64,000 bases of DNA, taken from assembly GCA_001873215.1 (NCBI GenBank), contig MNYS01000009.1, positions 3,654 to 67,653 on the forward strand, written 5' to 3'. The translations under genes and the position numbers were made by a program. The notes under the pieces are model-generated. The model made no database searches and had not been told where the DNA came from. It saw only the letters and a program-made list of their open reading frames with translations. Of the stretch, positions 10,158-19,127 are shown piece by piece. Numbering within the stretch: position 1 is the stretch's first letter; the number at the start of each line of letters is the position of its first letter. This DNA comes from Candidatus Levybacteria bacterium CG2_30_37_29 (GTDB lineage Bacteria; Patescibacteriota; Microgenomatia; Levybacterales; GWA1-39-11).

Positions 10158-10745
10158 ATGAAAATGGAAAAATCTAAATTAATAAACTCAGCAAAAACCC
10201 TCTTTCTGCTAATAGCTATTCATGTATTTTTTTTAATAATAGGTAGCATTTTATTCATTCTTTTATTTCATACAAGACTTTTTATAAATATCGATGTTCT
10301 TTTTTATCGAGGCATTGCTCTTCTTTTTACCTCTTGCCTGGTACTGACAGCGATACTATTACTATTAAGACATAGAAAATATATTCGTATCTTTACATAT
10401 AAAGATATCGTGCTTACTATAATAATATTTTTTTCCCTAAATATAGTTTTTTTTACCCTCCTTCCGGTAACAGCAGACCGTTCAATTTCTGTTTTTATTC
10501 TAGGATACATGAACAAGAATTCAAACGAATCATTTACTGATGAAAAAATGACGCAGGTGTTTATTAAAAAGTACCTCAATGGATCTGAAGGAATTGACAA
10601 ACGATTTCATGAACAGATTGTATCTGGAAATATTATGAAAACGGGAAAAAATTACAAAATTACAAAACAGGGACAATTTATAATAAAACTCTATTTAATA
10701 ATTGGAGAAATGTTTGCAGTAACAAAAAAAAACCTATCTCCATAA
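10158..10745 (+). CDS. Small polytopic membrane protein, unknown function
   Basis: Four predicted TM helices followed by a short soluble tail; no recognisable motif. Confidence 0.35.
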   Translation: MKMEKSKLINSAKTLFLLIAIHVFFLIIGSILFILLFHTRLFINIDVLFYRGIALLFTSCLVLTAILLLLRHRKYIRIFTYKDIVLTIIIFFSLNIVFFTLLPVTADRSISVFILGYMNKNSNESFTDEKMTQVFIKKYLNGSEGIDKRFHEQIVSGNIMKTGKNYKITKQGQFIIKLYLIIGEMFAVTKKNLSP

Positions 10746-10869
10746 AAATACTCAAAAAAATAGTGGTTTGGAAAAACATCATTTAGCTTCTTATAGATAC
10801 TTCGCTACCAAGAGACAGGAGAATCATATCCTGCATATAATCATTAAAATATGCTACTATTTTTAAATA

Positions 10870-12540
10870 GTGAAAAATTACCTAAAGCTTATCCACGCGT
10901 CTACTCGGAGACTTACTCACCCTAGCTACAATACCTTAATTATACTTACCCTTATAACCGTATTAGTAATTGAAGCCCTTTCCCATATATATGTAGTTTT
11001 TGGAAAGATTGGAACAATATTCTGGGCATGTCTATTTGTCTTTATTCTTACAGAAACGTTCGTAGGATTAAAAACACTTATTAAATTAACCCTACACAAA
11101 AAATATTTATTGACTATATTTGCATATTTAATCATTTTAGGAATAAGTTTATTTGCTAGTTTTCTAGCGATTAACAGTCATTTTGAGGCTGCCCAGGAAA
11201 CAACGTGCAAACTATTTCAATACTCTCTTTCCGACTTTGGTTATAATTCAATTTGCCATCTTGGCTATCCTGCAAGAATATTCATTGTTACTTCTTTACC
11301 CTCTCTTCTTTTTGGAAGATCCCTTTTTGCTTTAAATTTTGGTGCATTAATTTATATATTCTGTGGTTTAACAATTTTCACAGCAGCAATTACTAAATAT
11401 TTTAAAAAGGAAGAATCGTCTGACATGATAACTTTTTTTTCTGTAGCAATGATACCCAATTTTTTTTACTTTAATTATTTCCTTTTTGCATATGAGCTAG
11501 GAATTTTCCCTGTTACATTTATGCTTATGCAAACAGGATTTTACCTATTTTATTTAAAAGAGAAAAAAATAAAATATATTCTTTTATCGCTTATTGTTAA
11601 CTATTACTTAATTTTTTCCTATACTACCGCGCTGGCAGTGGTGGTACTTTCGCTGATATTCATGCTACTTTTTATCTTTGAAAAACAACTACCAAAACTT
11701 CACAAACTTACTTTTGGGATGGGCATAATCGCAACTACTATAATGAGTATTTCCTCTTTATTTATAAGAAACGATATCCGTCTTTTTAGCAGCCCACATA
11801 ATACAATAAACATTTCTACAGAACTACTAAGCGCACTCAGATATTTTATAAACGGAAATAACGTTAGCCCTTTTACTACTTCCGCAATATCTTCAATAAT
11901 GCTCATAGTTATCCTTTCTCTTCTCTCATTTATGTTTGGAAAAAAATATTTTATCGTAGGAATATGGATAATTGCTGTAGTCATTGCCGCAGTAGTCACC
12001 CAAGGATATTCATTTAATTCATTGGAATTTAGGGTACATAGGGCAATTATTATTATGCCGACCATAATAATATTTACCTCAGTAGCTCTTAGTAAAATAC
12101 TCAGATATATTCCTCAGACAAAAAAGATTATAGTCATTTCCTCCATCTTTCTTTTATCCCTAGGTGTCTATTATCAATACAGCTATTTAAACACTAAGGT
12201 TGGAGATGAAAGACATAGGCACTATGAACTTATTAATTACTTGAAAACAAACATTAACAATGGCGATGAGATTTATCTTTATTTCGACACAAATACCGAC
12301 AGGAATTTTATATCAATAAATGACAATTTATATTACTATTATCCAAAATCTATGGCGGAAGTATCAAACGTTCTCTGTGCCTTCAACTATCCAGGCGTCA
12401 ACACATTATCGCAACAGACTTACTTTCTGACATATTCCAATATTCCATGCACACGAAAATCAACAAATTTTAGTCTTGTAGGGTCTTTTAAGTTTTTAAA
12501 CGATGAGACTCTTCTCATATATAAATTTTCCAACATTTAG
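10870..12540 (+). CDS. Polytopic membrane protein (possible GT-C-type glycosyltransferase)
   Basis: More than 10 TM helices followed by a C-terminal soluble domain; lies in the envelope-glycosylation cluster. The true start is probably downstream of the annotated ATG. Confidence 0.35.
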   Translation: MKNYLKLIHASTRRLTHPSYNTLIILTLITVLVIEALSHIYVVFGKIGTIFWACLFVFILTETFVGLKTLIKLTLHKKYLLTIFAYLIILGISLFASFLAINSHFEAAQETTCKLFQYSLSDFGYNSICHLGYPARIFIVTSLPSLLFGRSLFALNFGALIYIFCGLTIFTAAITKYFKKEESSDMITFFSVAMIPNFFYFNYFLFAYELGIFPVTFMLMQTGFYLFYLKEKKIKYILLSLIVNYYLIFSYTTALAVVVLSLIFMLLFIFEKQLPKLHKLTFGMGIIATTIMSISSLFIRNDIRLFSSPHNTINISTELLSALRYFINGNNVSPFTTSAISSIMLIVILSLLSFMFGKKYFIVGIWIIAVVIAAVVTQGYSFNSLEFRVHRAIIIMPTIIIFTSVALSKILRYIPQTKKIIVISSIFLLSLGVYYQYSYLNTKVGDERHRHYELINYLKTNINNGDEIYLYFDTNTDRNFISINDNLYYYYPKSMAEVSNVLCAFNYPGVNTLSQQTYFLTYSNIPCTRKSTNFSLVGSFKFLNDETLLIYKFSNI

Positions 12541-12590
12541 CTTCTTTCAATATTGCATCAACATAGTTACACAGTGTACAATAAACAACT

Positions 12591-13637
12591 ATGACGCCGA
12601 CTGTTCTTATCACAGGTGGAACCGGGTTTTTGGGCGTGCATCTTGCACGTTTTTTTCTTAAGAAAAAATATAAAGTAATTCTTCTTGATGCTGCTCCCCT
12701 AACAGCTGCAGATTTACAAAAAAAAGTTGAGGTTATAAATTGTGATATAACTGACCAAAAACAAGTAGTAAATGCTTTTGGAAATAAAAAAATAGACTAC
12801 GTTGTGCACGCGGCGGCGGCACTTCCAATTCAACACACGAAGAAAAAAATTTTTGATGTGAATGTAGGCGGCACAAAAAACGTTCTTGAAGCATCATTAG
12901 AAGCAAAAGTAAAACGGGTTGTTTTTATTTCAACGACCGCAATGTATGGCGTACCGCGCCATCTTCCCGAAAAAGAAACAGATCCAATTTACCCAATAGG
13001 ACATTATGGTGAATCAAAAGCGGAAGCTGAAAAATTATGTCGCAAATATGAAAAAAAGGGGTTACAAATAAATATTATCCGCCCAAAATCTTTTTTAGGA
13101 CCGGAGCGTCTCGGAGTCTTCACAATTTGGTTTGAAGCAATTTATAATAACAAACCCGTCTTAATACTTGGAAAGGGAAACAATCTCTACCAACTGCTTG
13201 AAGTTCAAGATGTTTGCCAAATTGTTGAAAAAGCATTATTATCTAAAAAAAGCGGGGGAACATTTAATGCCGGCGCAAAAGAGTTTGGAACTTGGCAATC
13301 TGATCTTGGCGCGCTTATAAAACACGCAAGGTCAAAATCAAAAATCCTTGGTCTTCCCGTTCTTCCTTCCCAACTTGCGCTTTCAATTCTTGAATTTTTT
13401 AATCTATCTCCAATTGTTGCGTGGCATTATAAAACTTTTCCTGTAAATTCATACGTTTCAATTGAAAAAGCACAAAAAGAATTAGGATTCCGACCTACTA
13501 AATCCAACAAAGAAATATTAATAGAAAGCTATGATTGGTATGCAAAACACCGAAAAGAATTTTTAGGGCATACCGGAAAAACACATAGAACGATATGGAA
13601 TTTTAAACTTCTGGATATTATAAATAAATTTTTATGA
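12591..13637 (+). CDS. NAD-dependent epimerase/dehydratase (extended SDR, UDP-sugar 4-epimerase-like)
   Basis: ITGGTGFLGVHLARF Rossmann motif and YGESK (YxxxK) catalytic motif. Confidence 0.85.
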   Translation: MTPTVLITGGTGFLGVHLARFFLKKKYKVILLDAAPLTAADLQKKVEVINCDITDQKQVVNAFGNKKIDYVVHAAAALPIQHTKKKIFDVNVGGTKNVLEASLEAKVKRVVFISTTAMYGVPRHLPEKETDPIYPIGHYGESKAEAEKLCRKYEKKGLQINIIRPKSFLGPERLGVFTIWFEAIYNNKPVLILGKGNNLYQLLEVQDVCQIVEKALLSKKSGGTFNAGAKEFGTWQSDLGALIKHARSKSKILGLPVLPSQLALSILEFFNLSPIVAWHYKTFPVNSYVSIEKAQKELGFRPTKSNKEILIESYDWYAKHRKEFLGHTGKTHRTIWNFKLLDIINKFL

Positions 13638-14200
13638 GAGGAAAAATAAAAAAACAAGTTATCGGATTTGATTTTGATAAAGTATTTGTTGATTATCCAC
13701 CTCTTGTTCCGGCAAAAATTATTGATTTTCTTTATAAAAAGAAAAACGGCAAGCTTTCATATCGTTTCCCAAATAGTTTTGAACAAAAAATTCGTATCCT
13801 TTCTCATTACCCCATATTTCGCCGTCCGATAAAAAATAACGTTAAAATACTTGGTCTTCTTTTTGACAACAAACATGAACTTCATCTTATATCAAGCCGT
13901 TTTTCTTTTCTTGAAAAAAGGACAAAAGCTTGGCTTGAAAAAAATAATTTCTCAAAATTTTTTAGAGATACTCACTTTAATTTTGAAGACCATCAACCCC
14001 ATTTATTTAAATCCGGGGTAATACATAAATTGAGAATTGAAAAATTTGTTGATGATGATTTAGATTTGTTAAATTTTCTTGCCAAAAAAAATCCATTAGT
14101 AAAACTTTTCTGGATTTCTCCACGTAAATCAAATACGGTTTTGCCTAAAAATATAACCCATATAAAAAATTTAGAAGAGTTTTTAGAAAAATATTTGTAA
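13634..14200 (+). CDS. HAD-superfamily hydrolase-like protein (putative nucleotidase/phosphatase)
   Basis: IGFDFDKVFVD resembles HAD motif I (DxDxV). A downstream Ser and a K...DDD segment are compatible with motifs II-IV. Translationally coupled to the epimerase. Confidence 0.4.
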   Translation: MRGKIKKQVIGFDFDKVFVDYPPLVPAKIIDFLYKKKNGKLSYRFPNSFEQKIRILSHYPIFRRPIKNNVKILGLLFDNKHELHLISSRFSFLEKRTKAWLEKNNFSKFFRDTHFNFEDHQPHLFKSGVIHKLRIEKFVDDDLDLLNFLAKKNPLVKLFWISPRKSNTVLPKNITHIKNLEEFLEKYL

Positions 14201-16306
14201 ATGATTGCTGATTTTTTTTCTTTATTGCAATGGTATTTTGTTTTTCTTATTATTGGAATTGTTTTTTTTCCAATAACAAACTCCATTTTCAGAAATTTTC
14301 CTGACAGAGGATATATATTCTCAAAAATACTTGGTATCGCTTTTATTTCCTATTCTGTATTTTTTCTAAGCATTACAAAACTTTTACCTTTCACAACCGT
14401 TTCAATCATTCTTGTGTTGTTCATTTTTCTTGTTATAAACATATTTGTCGGAAAGAAAACTACTCAAGAAATTTCAAAAAAAAATATTATTATTTTTGTT
14501 TTTGAAGAAATACTTTTCTTAATATGCCTTCTTTTCTGGGCCTTTGTAAGGGGGCATGAACCAAGCATCCACGGTCTTGAAAAGTTTATGGATTTTGGGT
14601 TTATTAATTCGATCATTCGGGCACGCTACCTTCCCCCGCCCGACATGTGGTTTACTCCATACCCAATTAACTATTATTATTTCGGCCATTTCACAACAGC
14701 TCTACTTACAAAATTATCTTTTCTCCCCTCTTACATTACGTATAATCTTATGCTGTCAACTATTTTTGCTTTTACTTTTACGGGGAGTTTTTCTCTGGGG
14801 GCTGCTTTTTTTGGAAAAATTTTTTTGAAGAAAAATTTTTTTGCCGGATTGTTTTCTGCAGTTTTTGTATCTTTGGCAGGAAATCTTCACACAATTTATA
14901 CTTTTTTTACGCCTTACAAAAATGAGTCCCCGGTATCTCCTATAAATCTTTCCTTTTCACCATCAACTTTTCCAAACATCTACTGGTATCCAAATGCGAC
15001 ACGGTTTATCCCCTTTACAATTCATGAATTCCCCCTCTATTCATTTGTTGTTTCAGATTTACACGGACATGTTATTGACATTCCGTTTGTACTTTTAGGA
15101 ATTGCAATTATTTATAAAATATTTACGGATAAAAAAGTAAGATTCTCCTCTTTAATCCTCTCCTCTTTAATACTTTCAATAATGTATATGACTAATGCAT
15201 GGGATGCAATAATTTACGGACTACTATTCTTTATTTGTATTTCTTTTATATACGCCCGCGAAAAAGAATACAAACTTGCAAAAATATTCAGTCTTCCAAA
15301 TCTTTTAAAAATTCTCAAATCTTTTGCAATGCTTTTTGCTGGAATAATTGCATTTACACTTCCGTTTAGCGTTCATTTCAAGCCTTTTGTTTCAGGTCTT
15401 GGAATAATTTGTCCACCAAATTTTTTGGTACAACTTGGACATATCGGACCGTTTTTATTTGAACCCAACCACTGTCAAAGATCTCCTCTTTGGCAATTAT
15501 TAATTCTTTATGGATTTTTCTACTTTTTCATATTTACTTTCGTCGTCTTTTTTCTAAAACGCGTCAATGCAAAAAAAACTCAGGAAACTGATTTTTTCAT
15601 GCTTATTTTAATTTTTGTTTCAATCATTCTTATTATTATTCCGGAATTTGTATATGCAAAAGATATTTATCCCGCACACTACAGGGCAAATACAATGTTT
15701 AAGCTTGTATATCAAGCATTTATTCTTCTCTCGCTTGTTTCAGGGTTTGCTATCGTAAGAATTCTTTCTGCAAAAAAAAATATTCTTTTCTTTTTTGCTA
15801 CTTTAATTTTGTCAACTTGCGTACTTTTATATCCATTTTTTGCAGTTTTTTCTTACTATTCAAATCTTAAAAATTACACAGGACAAGATGGGCTTTTATA
15901 TTTAAAAACCATTCGCCCGCAAGATTATGACGCTGTTCTTTGGATAAATAAAAATATTACCGGGCAGCCGGTTATAGTTGAAGCGCAAGGAGATTCATAC
16001 ACTGATTATGCTAGAATTTCATCCAATACCGGTCTTCCTACAATACTTGGATGGACGGTTCATGAGTGGCTATGGCGGGGAACATACGATATTCCTTCAC
16101 CCCGAATTGCCGAAGTACAAACAATTTATGAAGAAAAGGATATCCAAAAAACCAAATTGCTTTTGGATAAATACCATGTTTCCTACGTGTACGTTGGTGA
16201 CTTGGAGCGCGAAAAATATCCGCACCTTTTTGAAGAAAAATTTATAAAAATAGGAACCAAGATTTACGACAGACAGAAAACAAAAATATACAAAATTAAA
16301 TATTAA
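14201..16306 (+). CDS. YYY-domain (DUF2298 / chlor_Arch_YYY) large membrane protein
   Basis: PPPDMWFTPYPINYYYFGHF, the signature 'YYY' segment of the TIGR03662 family; about 14 TM helices plus a C-terminal soluble domain. Confidence 0.7.
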   Translation: MIADFFSLLQWYFVFLIIGIVFFPITNSIFRNFPDRGYIFSKILGIAFISYSVFFLSITKLLPFTTVSIILVLFIFLVINIFVGKKTTQEISKKNIIIFVFEEILFLICLLFWAFVRGHEPSIHGLEKFMDFGFINSIIRARYLPPPDMWFTPYPINYYYFGHFTTALLTKLSFLPSYITYNLMLSTIFAFTFTGSFSLGAAFFGKIFLKKNFFAGLFSAVFVSLAGNLHTIYTFFTPYKNESPVSPINLSFSPSTFPNIYWYPNATRFIPFTIHEFPLYSFVVSDLHGHVIDIPFVLLGIAIIYKIFTDKKVRFSSLILSSLILSIMYMTNAWDAIIYGLLFFICISFIYAREKEYKLAKIFSLPNLLKILKSFAMLFAGIIAFTLPFSVHFKPFVSGLGIICPPNFLVQLGHIGPFLFEPNHCQRSPLWQLLILYGFFYFFIFTFVVFFLKRVNAKKTQETDFFMLILIFVSIILIIIPEFVYAKDIYPAHYRANTMFKLVYQAFILLSLVSGFAIVRILSAKKNILFFFATLILSTCVLLYPFFAVFSYYSNLKNYTGQDGLLYLKTIRPQDYDAVLWINKNITGQPVIVEAQGDSYTDYARISSNTGLPTILGWTVHEWLWRGTYDIPSPRIAEVQTIYEEKDIQKTKLLLDKYHVSYVYVGDLEREKYPHLFEEKFIKIGTKIYDRQKTKIYKIKY

Positions 16307-17436
16307 TTTTTTACTTCAGAAACGCCGATCCCTTTGTCATTCACTGTACATACATTCCCCTTTATAATACAATCTATATACGCGTGTATCTCTGAAAAAT
16401 CACCATCTCCTGCTCGCGGAATTAAAACCCATTCGTAATCTTGTTTTGCCGAAATATCAGGATGAATCAGTATTCCGTTTCTTTTTTCCTGCTCGCTTCC
16501 GAAATCAAGAACTGTATTTTTTACTTTTGCTCCGCGTACCTTTTTAGCAAGTTTTATAAAATCATCAAATTCTGAAGGTTTTATATCCATGTCAATATTT
16601 TGGGAAATAATATTATATATTCCAAAAACTTTAACCGGGTTAAGGATTATTCCCAAAGAAAAAACTTTTTTTTCTATTGCAGTTATTGTCTCTTGCTGAC
16701 GCTGGCTTCTTGCGAAGTCGTTACCTTCTTCGCCAATAGCGTGGCGCGAGCGGACAAAATCAAGAGATTGATTTCCGTTCATGTGAGTTAAGCCTTTTTC
16801 AAAATGCACTTTTCTATATCTACAAGGAAAGGCTTCCAGCTGGGATGAAGCAGTTGAAAGTAGAAGAAGTTCTTCTTCTTTGTGTCCACACGTATCGTTT
16901 TCTTTACCTTCAATTGGATACTCCAGATCAGTCAAATCTCGTTTGACATCAACTTCAATTCCTCCAAGATAATCTACGAGTTTCACAAATCCCTGAAAAT
17001 CTAACACAAACACGTAGTCAACCGGTTCTCCTATCACTTTTTGTACGACTGCCCGCGAAAGAATTTTGCCTTTTTTATCTTTATCTTGGCCGATACTATA
17101 CGCCGTATTTATTCTTTGGGAAATATCGGGAATCCATAAATCGCGGGGTATAGACACAAGCTCAACTGACTTTGCCGTAGGATTAACGTGTGCAAAAATA
17201 AGCGTATCTGTTAGATCCGGTCCTTCATGAGTCCCTCCACCAATACCCAAAAGAAGAATATTAACACTACCATCGCTTTCTTTTTTTAGCTCAATGTTTT
17301 TATTAAAAATTAGGCTGTAAAGAAATGAGGTCGAAAGCGAAATTTGCCGAAAGAAAGCAATTCCAAGAACTATACAAATGATGCCAAACCCAAAAAGAAT
17401 TTTATTCCTGTTTTCGGAGACTTTCTTTTTCAACAT
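16303..17436 (-). CDS. LytR-CpsA-Psr (LCP) family cell-wall polymer phosphotransferase
   Basis: N-terminal TM, then NILLLGIGGGTHEGPDLTDTLIFAHVNP...LVSIPRDLWIPD, the LCP catalytic-domain core. Confidence 0.8.
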   Translation of the reverse strand: MLKKKVSENRNKILFGFGIICIVLGIAFFRQISLSTSFLYSLIFNKNIELKKESDGSVNILLLGIGGGTHEGPDLTDTLIFAHVNPTAKSVELVSIPRDLWIPDISQRINTAYSIGQDKDKKGKILSRAVVQKVIGEPVDYVFVLDFQGFVKLVDYLGGIEVDVKRDLTDLEYPIEGKENDTCGHKEEELLLLSTASSQLEAFPCRYRKVHFEKGLTHMNGNQSLDFVRSRHAIGEEGNDFARSQRQQETITAIEKKVFSLGIILNPVKVFGIYNIISQNIDMDIKPSEFDDFIKLAKKVRGAKVKNTVLDFGSEQEKRNGILIHPDISAKQDYEWVLIPRAGDGDFSEIHAYIDCIIKGNVCTVNDKGIGVSEVKN

Positions 17437-18245
17437 GCTTTGATAAGATTTGTAAATGTTTCGGGGTCAAGACTCGCGCCGCCAACTAAAAATCCTTGCA
17501 AAAACGGTATTCCCAAATATTCGTTTACGTTTTTATCCGAAACACTTCCTCCATAAAGAAGCTTTGCTGACGAGATGTTTTTTATTTTCTCAAAAACTTT
17601 TGCGACGTCTTCTCGGCTTTCAGGAATTCCTGTTCCAAAAGTTGAAATAGCACTTGGCGGCTCATACACAACGTAATTTGCGCCTTCCGGAATAAATGAA
17701 TTTTCGTCTTGTATGCAAATAAGAGGTGTCAAATTATTTTTTACTACTTGGCTGAATTTTTCTTTAAGACTTGTATCGTTTTCCATGAAATATTTTTTTC
17801 TTTCAGAATGGTTTAGTAAAACATAAGACGCAAACTCGCCTACTTGCCGCGCGGAAACTTCACCGGTATACGCACCGTCAGGAAACGAAGAAACAGTTTG
17901 GGCGCCGAAAGAAATAGGTAAGTTATTTTCTTTTGCAAATGCGGCGCAAGCCGGAAGCGCTATAAACTGAGGGAGTATAACAATTTCTTTATCCACCTTC
18001 GCAGAAAACCTAGAGCTTAAGTTAGAGGATGAATGCGAAGAAATTTCTGCTTCGGCGGATTCCGCTCCGTTGGGCAGAGTGGAGAAGATACCGCGGGCGT
18101 TAACCCGCGGAGCTTCATTGTTCAAAAGCAGGTCGGGAAAAACACTTTTGAGCTTTTGTAAAAACTCGATACTCTCAAAAACAGTCTTATGACTCTTCCA
18201 GTTAGCAACTATTATAAATTTATCCATAAGACTATTATATGTCAT
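17430..18245 (-). CDS. tpiA: Triosephosphate isomerase (with a Ser-rich insertion)
   Basis: IVANWKSHKT (GNWKxN), LLNHSERKKYF (GHSERR), YEPPSAISTFGTG (YEPxWAIGTG), LYGGSV. An extra low-complexity insert (approx. 20-30 aa) is present. The start may be the internal MDKF. Confidence 0.85.
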   Translation of the reverse strand: MTYNSLMDKFIIVANWKSHKTVFESIEFLQKLKSVFPDLLLNNEAPRVNARGIFSTLPNGAESAEAEISSHSSSNLSSRFSAKVDKEIVILPQFIALPACAAFAKENNLPISFGAQTVSSFPDGAYTGEVSARQVGEFASYVLLNHSERKKYFMENDTSLKEKFSQVVKNNLTPLICIQDENSFIPEGANYVVYEPPSAISTFGTGIPESREDVAKVFEKIKNISSAKLLYGGSVSDKNVNEYLGIPFLQGFLVGGASLDPETFTNLIKAC

Positions 18246-18311
18246 TTCTGTCTAATTCCCAACATTACATTTTGCTTATTACGCGCAGCCTTGTTATACT
18301 CTTATACAAGA

Positions 18312-19127
18312 ATGCCAAACCAATTTTCCCATCCATGGAGCAAAGAAGAGCTTAATTTTATTGAAAAAAGTATTGGCAAGTTAACCTATGGACAGATGGG
18401 CAGAATAATTAATCGTACTGCGTCATCCATACAATCTAAGGTTAGATATATGCCATTTCAGCAGAAAGTTAAAAAATATTCAGTTGATTCATCTTTTTTT
18501 AACACGTGGTCTGCAGAAATGGCATATGTTCTTGGTTTTATAGCAGCCGATGGAAATGTTTATAAAACTGAAAGAACACACATTTTACAAATTGCAAGTG
18601 ATGATATAGATATTATTGAAAAAATACAAATTGCCTTAAAACATAACGGACCAATTCATTTTAAGCAACGCGAAAATGGGAAAACATCATATAGCCTTCG
18701 TATTTGTGATCTTTTACTTTTTAATAGCCTATTAAATCTAGGTATTACTGAAAGAAAAAGTCTCACAATAACACCCCCCTTTATCCCCAAACCCTACATA
18801 CATCATTACATAAGAGGATACTTTGATGGTGACGGATCTGTTTCCTATAGAAAAGTGTCTTATAAAAGTAGACTGGTAGTTGATATATACACTGCAAGTT
18901 TTTATATGGCTAGTTTTCTGTATGAAAAAATAAAAGAACAGATGGGTGATCTATATAAAGGTAAATTATATGCTACATTAGCTCACCAAAAAACTAGGTA
19001 CTACTCTATAAGGCTAGGACATAAGGCATCGGAACAATTATTTAAGTATATATATAAAAATGCAAACAATTTGTATCTTGAGAGAAAATATAATAAGTTC
19101 ATTATGAGAACACGTTATGAAGTTTGA
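18312..19127 (+). CDS. Free-standing double-motif LAGLIDADG homing endonuclease
   Basis: Two LAGLIDADG motifs, LGFIAADGNV and IRGYFDGDGSV, spaced about 100 aa apart as in monomeric enzymes. The start is taken at MPNQFSHP because the longer ORF start overlaps tpiA on the opposite strand. Confidence 0.8.
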   Translation: MPNQFSHPWSKEELNFIEKSIGKLTYGQMGRIINRTASSIQSKVRYMPFQQKVKKYSVDSSFFNTWSAEMAYVLGFIAADGNVYKTERTHILQIASDDIDIIEKIQIALKHNGPIHFKQRENGKTSYSLRICDLLLFNSLLNLGITERKSLTITPPFIPKPYIHHYIRGYFDGDGSVSYRKVSYKSRLVVDIYTASFYMASFLYEKIKEQMGDLYKGKLYATLAHQKTRYYSIRLGHKASEQLFKYIYKNANNLYLERKYNKFIMRTRYEV

